This document shows positions 43,608-45,814 of a stretch of 45,814 nucleotides of DNA, one piece after another. The position numbers and the translations under genes are program-made. Location: positions 1 through 45,814 of IMG/VR virus record IMGVR_UViG_3300022562_000301. The stretch is one strand, 5' to 3'. Position 1 is the stretch's first letter. The number at the start of each line of letters is the position of its first letter. The notes beneath the pieces are model-generated. The model was not told the DNA's origin, ran no database searches, and was given only the letters and a program-made list of their open reading frames with translations. The DNA comes from a virus.

Positions 43608-43687
43608 TACAATAGCAATATCCTATTATAAGGATACTGGATATTGTATTATATACGAAAGTATTCTTATTTTCTAGGAAAAGGGGA

Positions 43688-43939
43688 CTAATTGTTACGG
43701 TAAAGGTAATACCAACGGCGTTTCTTGTATAGGTGAAAGAGACGGCTGGCTGTAGGTTTATCGCCGTCCTCTATTGCTTTCAATAATGGGGTAATGTCTA
43801 TGCCCATAGAATGGAACGAGTGTTCTTGATTCCATTTATATATTTCTACGGCATAGTCTCGCAATCGACGATATTTAGAGAACTTTTGTCTAGCTAAGAA
43901 GAATACTCTCGATATTTCTTCACGATACGGATCTACCAT
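43688..43939 (-). CDS. hypothetical protein (83 aa)
   Basis: Packed array. Confidence 0.6.
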   Translation of the reverse strand: MVDPYREEISRVFFLARQKFSKYRRLRDYAVEIYKWNQEHSFHSMGIDITPLLKAIEDGDKPTASRLFHLYKKRRWYYLYRNN

Positions 43940-43960
43940 AGGGGTTTATCTCCTTACTAT

Positions 43961-44233
43961 TTAAAAGGGAGTTTTGGATATTATTATGTAATCATCGTTA
44001 TTTATTAGTTGCGGTTTGCTTGCATCCCATTCTCCAGGGTTATAACTACAGCAAGGACTATCCCGATTATAGTGACAAATTGGCATATTAGGTCCATATT
44101 TTACTATTAGTTCATGTATTTGTTGGGCAAATTCTCCTAGGGATATGTAAGTTTCCCAGCAAGGGTCACATGCTCCGTATTCATTTACACTAATTTTGTA
44201 ACCTTTACAGATTTTACATTGTGGGTAGTCCAT
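43961..44233 (-). CDS. Cys-rich (zinc-binding-like) protein (90 aa)
   Basis: CKICKG ... CDPC. Confidence 0.6.
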   Translation of the reverse strand: MDYPQCKICKGYKISVNEYGACDPCWETYISLGEFAQQIHELIVKYGPNMPICHYNRDSPCCSYNPGEWDASKPQLINNDDYIIISKTPF

Positions 44234-44246
44234 AATGTTACCTTTT

Positions 44247-44268
44247 CACGAATTGTGACGGTGGTCAT
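44247..44268 (-). promoter_or_regulatory. Conserved motif, copy 3 (plus strand ACGAATTGTGACGGTGGTCATA)
   Basis: Lies 13 nt upstream of the ATG of 43961..44233, in a 183-bp gap. That gap also holds the palindrome ACCCCTATAGGGGT (44317-44330). Confidence 0.55.
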
Positions 44269-44416
44269 AGAACGTGCATTTAGGAAAAAATACCAGTACG
44301 GGACAGTTCCCTATTTACCCCTATAGGGGTATAAAAGAATAGGAAAAAAGACATATACTATTATATATATATCCGCATATCCTATCCTATATCCTACAGT
44401 AGGACTTTATAAAGTG

Positions 44417-44626
44417 TCACTGTAATGGGTATTTCATTCCCGCATGTTCATGTAATAGAGCCCATGCCTTTTTAGGATCTTTGGAAGATTCGCAGGCAAA
44501 GTGAAATAATGATTTATGAAGCAAATAGTTTCTCCTTAATATAAAAAGAAATTCTATGAAGCTGTGTAAATCTTGGTCTGCTAAATCTTCTTCGAGTAAA
44601 CGTATTTGTGGCCAGTTTGTATTCAT
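44417..44626 (-). CDS. hypothetical early protein (69 aa)
   Basis: ATGA coupling with the upstream gene. Confidence 0.6.
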   Translation of the reverse strand: MNTNWPQIRLLEEDLADQDLHSFIEFLFILRRNYLLHKSLFHFACESSKDPKKAWALLHEHAGMKYPLQ

Positions 44627-44847
44627 TTCATAATGTCCCCCAATTTGTAGGTCGTGGGTTCATTACGTAAAGGTCGTCTAGTGACGATCTTGCACAATGG
44701 CCTGACTTTGGGAAAATGTTCCTTGGATACCTTATACCTTGCTATTACCTTTCCTTCTTTGTTTTCTTCGATAAATTCTCCCCATTGACATGGAATCAGT
44801 AGATCACGAATCCATTGTGGAATTGTTTCGGGTAATAGGTAATTCAT
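44623..44847 (-). CDS. hypothetical early protein (74 aa)
   Basis: AAGGAGACAC RBS context. Confidence 0.6.
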   Translation of the reverse strand: MNYLLPETIPQWIRDLLIPCQWGEFIEENKEGKVIARYKVSKEHFPKVRPLCKIVTRRPLRNEPTTYKLGDIMK

Positions 44848-44848
44848 C

Positions 44849-45061
44849 CTAAGTGTCTCCTTTATGTAGTGGCCCTTTTTTGGTAATACCTATTGGTAAG
44901 GATAAGTATTCATTTGGAACGTTACCAAAACGAATACATATGGTACCATAATCACTAATGCTGGACTTGCAGTAATAAACATTACCCAACATGGTCATGG
45001 GTAAGAGCCAACCTACCCATATACATTGTTCGCAGTCATGTTGGTATGGATATATTAGCAT
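44849..45061 (-). CDS. hypothetical early protein with CxxC (70 aa)
   Basis: CEQC motif; packed array. Confidence 0.6.
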   Translation of the reverse strand: MLIYPYQHDCEQCIWVGWLLPMTMLGNVYYCKSSISDYGTICIRFGNVPNEYLSLPIGITKKGPLHKGDT

Positions 45062-45264
45062 AGGTGTTTCCTTAACATTTTGTGGAATTGGTAAATAAAT
45101 ACATAAAGAGCTTCTATTTCTTTTTTATCTAGTTTAATAGTTTCTCCACAATACTCACATGGTCCTTCTAACCATACACTAGTAGGATTGCCCATAAAGG
45201 ATAATGGAACATTTGAACCAGGCATGTGACAGTGTGTACAGTATGCTTCACCTATTATTTTCAC
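45055..45264 (-). CDS. zinc-ribbon early protein (69 aa), paralogue of 45261..45461
   Basis: CTHC ... CEYCG. Shares the C-terminal QFHKMLRKHL / KFHKMIRRHL with its neighbour. Confidence 0.65.
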   Translation of the reverse strand: MKIIGEAYCTHCHMPGSNVPLSFMGNPTSVWLEGPCEYCGETIKLDKKEIEALYVFIYQFHKMLRKHLC

Positions 45265-45461
45265 AGGTGTCTCCTTATCATTTTGTGGAATTTAGAAACT
45301 TCCAGGTCCAGTAACTGTAGGTCATTTTGTGACAGTGGTTGTTCTTGTTTACAATCAAAACAATAGAGAACAGGTATACCATCACTTCTTTTCCATTGTT
45401 GCACATCTTGAGTAGTTACCTTTTTACAATTAAAGCAACTATTCTGTATTACTATTCTCAT
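45261..45461 (-). CDS. zinc-ribbon early protein (66 aa)
   Basis: CFNC ... CFDC. GTGA/ATGA coupling on both sides. Confidence 0.65.
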   Translation of the reverse strand: MRIVIQNSCFNCKKVTTQDVQQWKRSDGIPVLYCFDCKQEQPLSQNDLQLLDLEVSKFHKMIRRHL

Positions 45462-45697
45462 TTAATACCCGCCCTTCTTCTTAGTTCTTTCTTTACTTCC
45501 CTTGCGATAGGTCCCCGCCATGTATTGGCATTGCTAAGGAAATAGAGAATGATGGTCTTTTCGTCGTCCAAGTAATATTTACCATCTACTAGTTCCTTTA
45601 ATGCCTTGATGTAGGGGACTGCACCATAAAAGGGATTTTGCCAGTCCCTACTGATAAGGCGTCCTAGTTCGTTCGTGGTTTGTTCCTTTAGTATCAT
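45458..45697 (-). CDS. hypothetical early protein (79 aa); its start lies inside the terminal repeat
   Basis: Packed array. Its start codon corresponds to positions 25-27 of the window. Confidence 0.6.
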   Translation of the reverse strand: MILKEQTTNELGRLISRDWQNPFYGAVPYIKALKELVDGKYYLDDEKTIILYFLSNANTWRGPIAREVKKELRRRAGIK

Positions 45698-45814
45698 TTA
45701 ACACTCCTTTCTACTAGTACACATTCATCGTCGGTTTCTTTGATTTCCCAGCGACCTACTACCCTTCCCCACTGTTTACTAAATAAACCGGGTACAAGGA
45801 TATAGGTGTGTGCT

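Noticed and set aside
43577-43609. Mini-ORF encoded by the conserved motif (minus strand ATGACCACCGTAACAATTCGTAAGAAGGAGTAA = MTTVTIRKKE; related MTTVTIREK... at copy 3)
   Set aside because: There is no Shine-Dalgarno before either ATG. Copy 1 (2815-2830) lacks the ATG altogether, so the conservation is more likely at the DNA or RNA level.
1-45814. CRISPR arrays, integrase/excisionase, CI/Cro-like repressor, reverse transcriptase (DGR/retron), homing endonucleases or introns
   Set aside because: I looked for regularly spaced direct repeats and for the hallmark motifs of these families in the ORF translations and recognised none. Repeats present are the dispersed intergenic motifs and in-gene duplications listed above. 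Absence by eye is not proof.

Overview
The window is a complete, self-closing phage genome. Bases 1-144 are identical to 45671-45814, so the unique length is 45,670 bp. It is AT-rich and tightly packed, and its gene content looks podovirus/T7-like. It has two divergent arms. The rightward (+) arm, about 3473-28801, carries packaging, morphogenesis and ejection genes: large terminase, portal, scaffold, major capsid, adaptor/nozzle-like proteins, a tail fibre and a 1410-aa internal protein. It also holds an unusual sulfotransferase plus glycosyltransferase plus small-membrane-protein insert. The leftward (-) arm starts near 2830, runs through base 1, wraps to 45697 and ends at 28878. It opens with many tiny early proteins, several of them CxxC zinc ribbons. 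It then carries ParB-like, tRNA-Leu(UAA), DNA methyltransferase, SNF2 helicase, family-A DNA polymerase, a sigma-70-family factor, VRR-NUC, a Cas4-like exonuclease, MazG and a prim-pol/SF3 helicase. The arms converge on a strong hairpin at 28821-28872. I recognise no integrase, repressor, phage RNA polymerase, CRISPR array or classical endolysin. The most unusual region is the roughly 1.6 kb coding desert at the divergence point (1865-3472). It contains a GC-rich, hairpin-dense block (about 1946-2575) with no credible ORF, which is a candidate large structured RNA or an origin/terminus. It also contains an 18-bp inverted repeat, three palindromic operator-like sites, and one copy of a 16-nt motif that recurs at the head of two other leftward gene blocks. 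Other points are a parS-like repeat cluster next to parB, an inverted-repeat-flanked GC-rich gene next to a minimal nucleotidyltransferase, and two genes below the ORF-track cutoff (an Rz1-like proline-rich lipoprotein and a small basic protein). There are also several long out-of-frame gene overlaps in GC-rich patches, and tandem paralogue pairs. All functional calls come from motifs read by eye and from gene order; no database search was possible.
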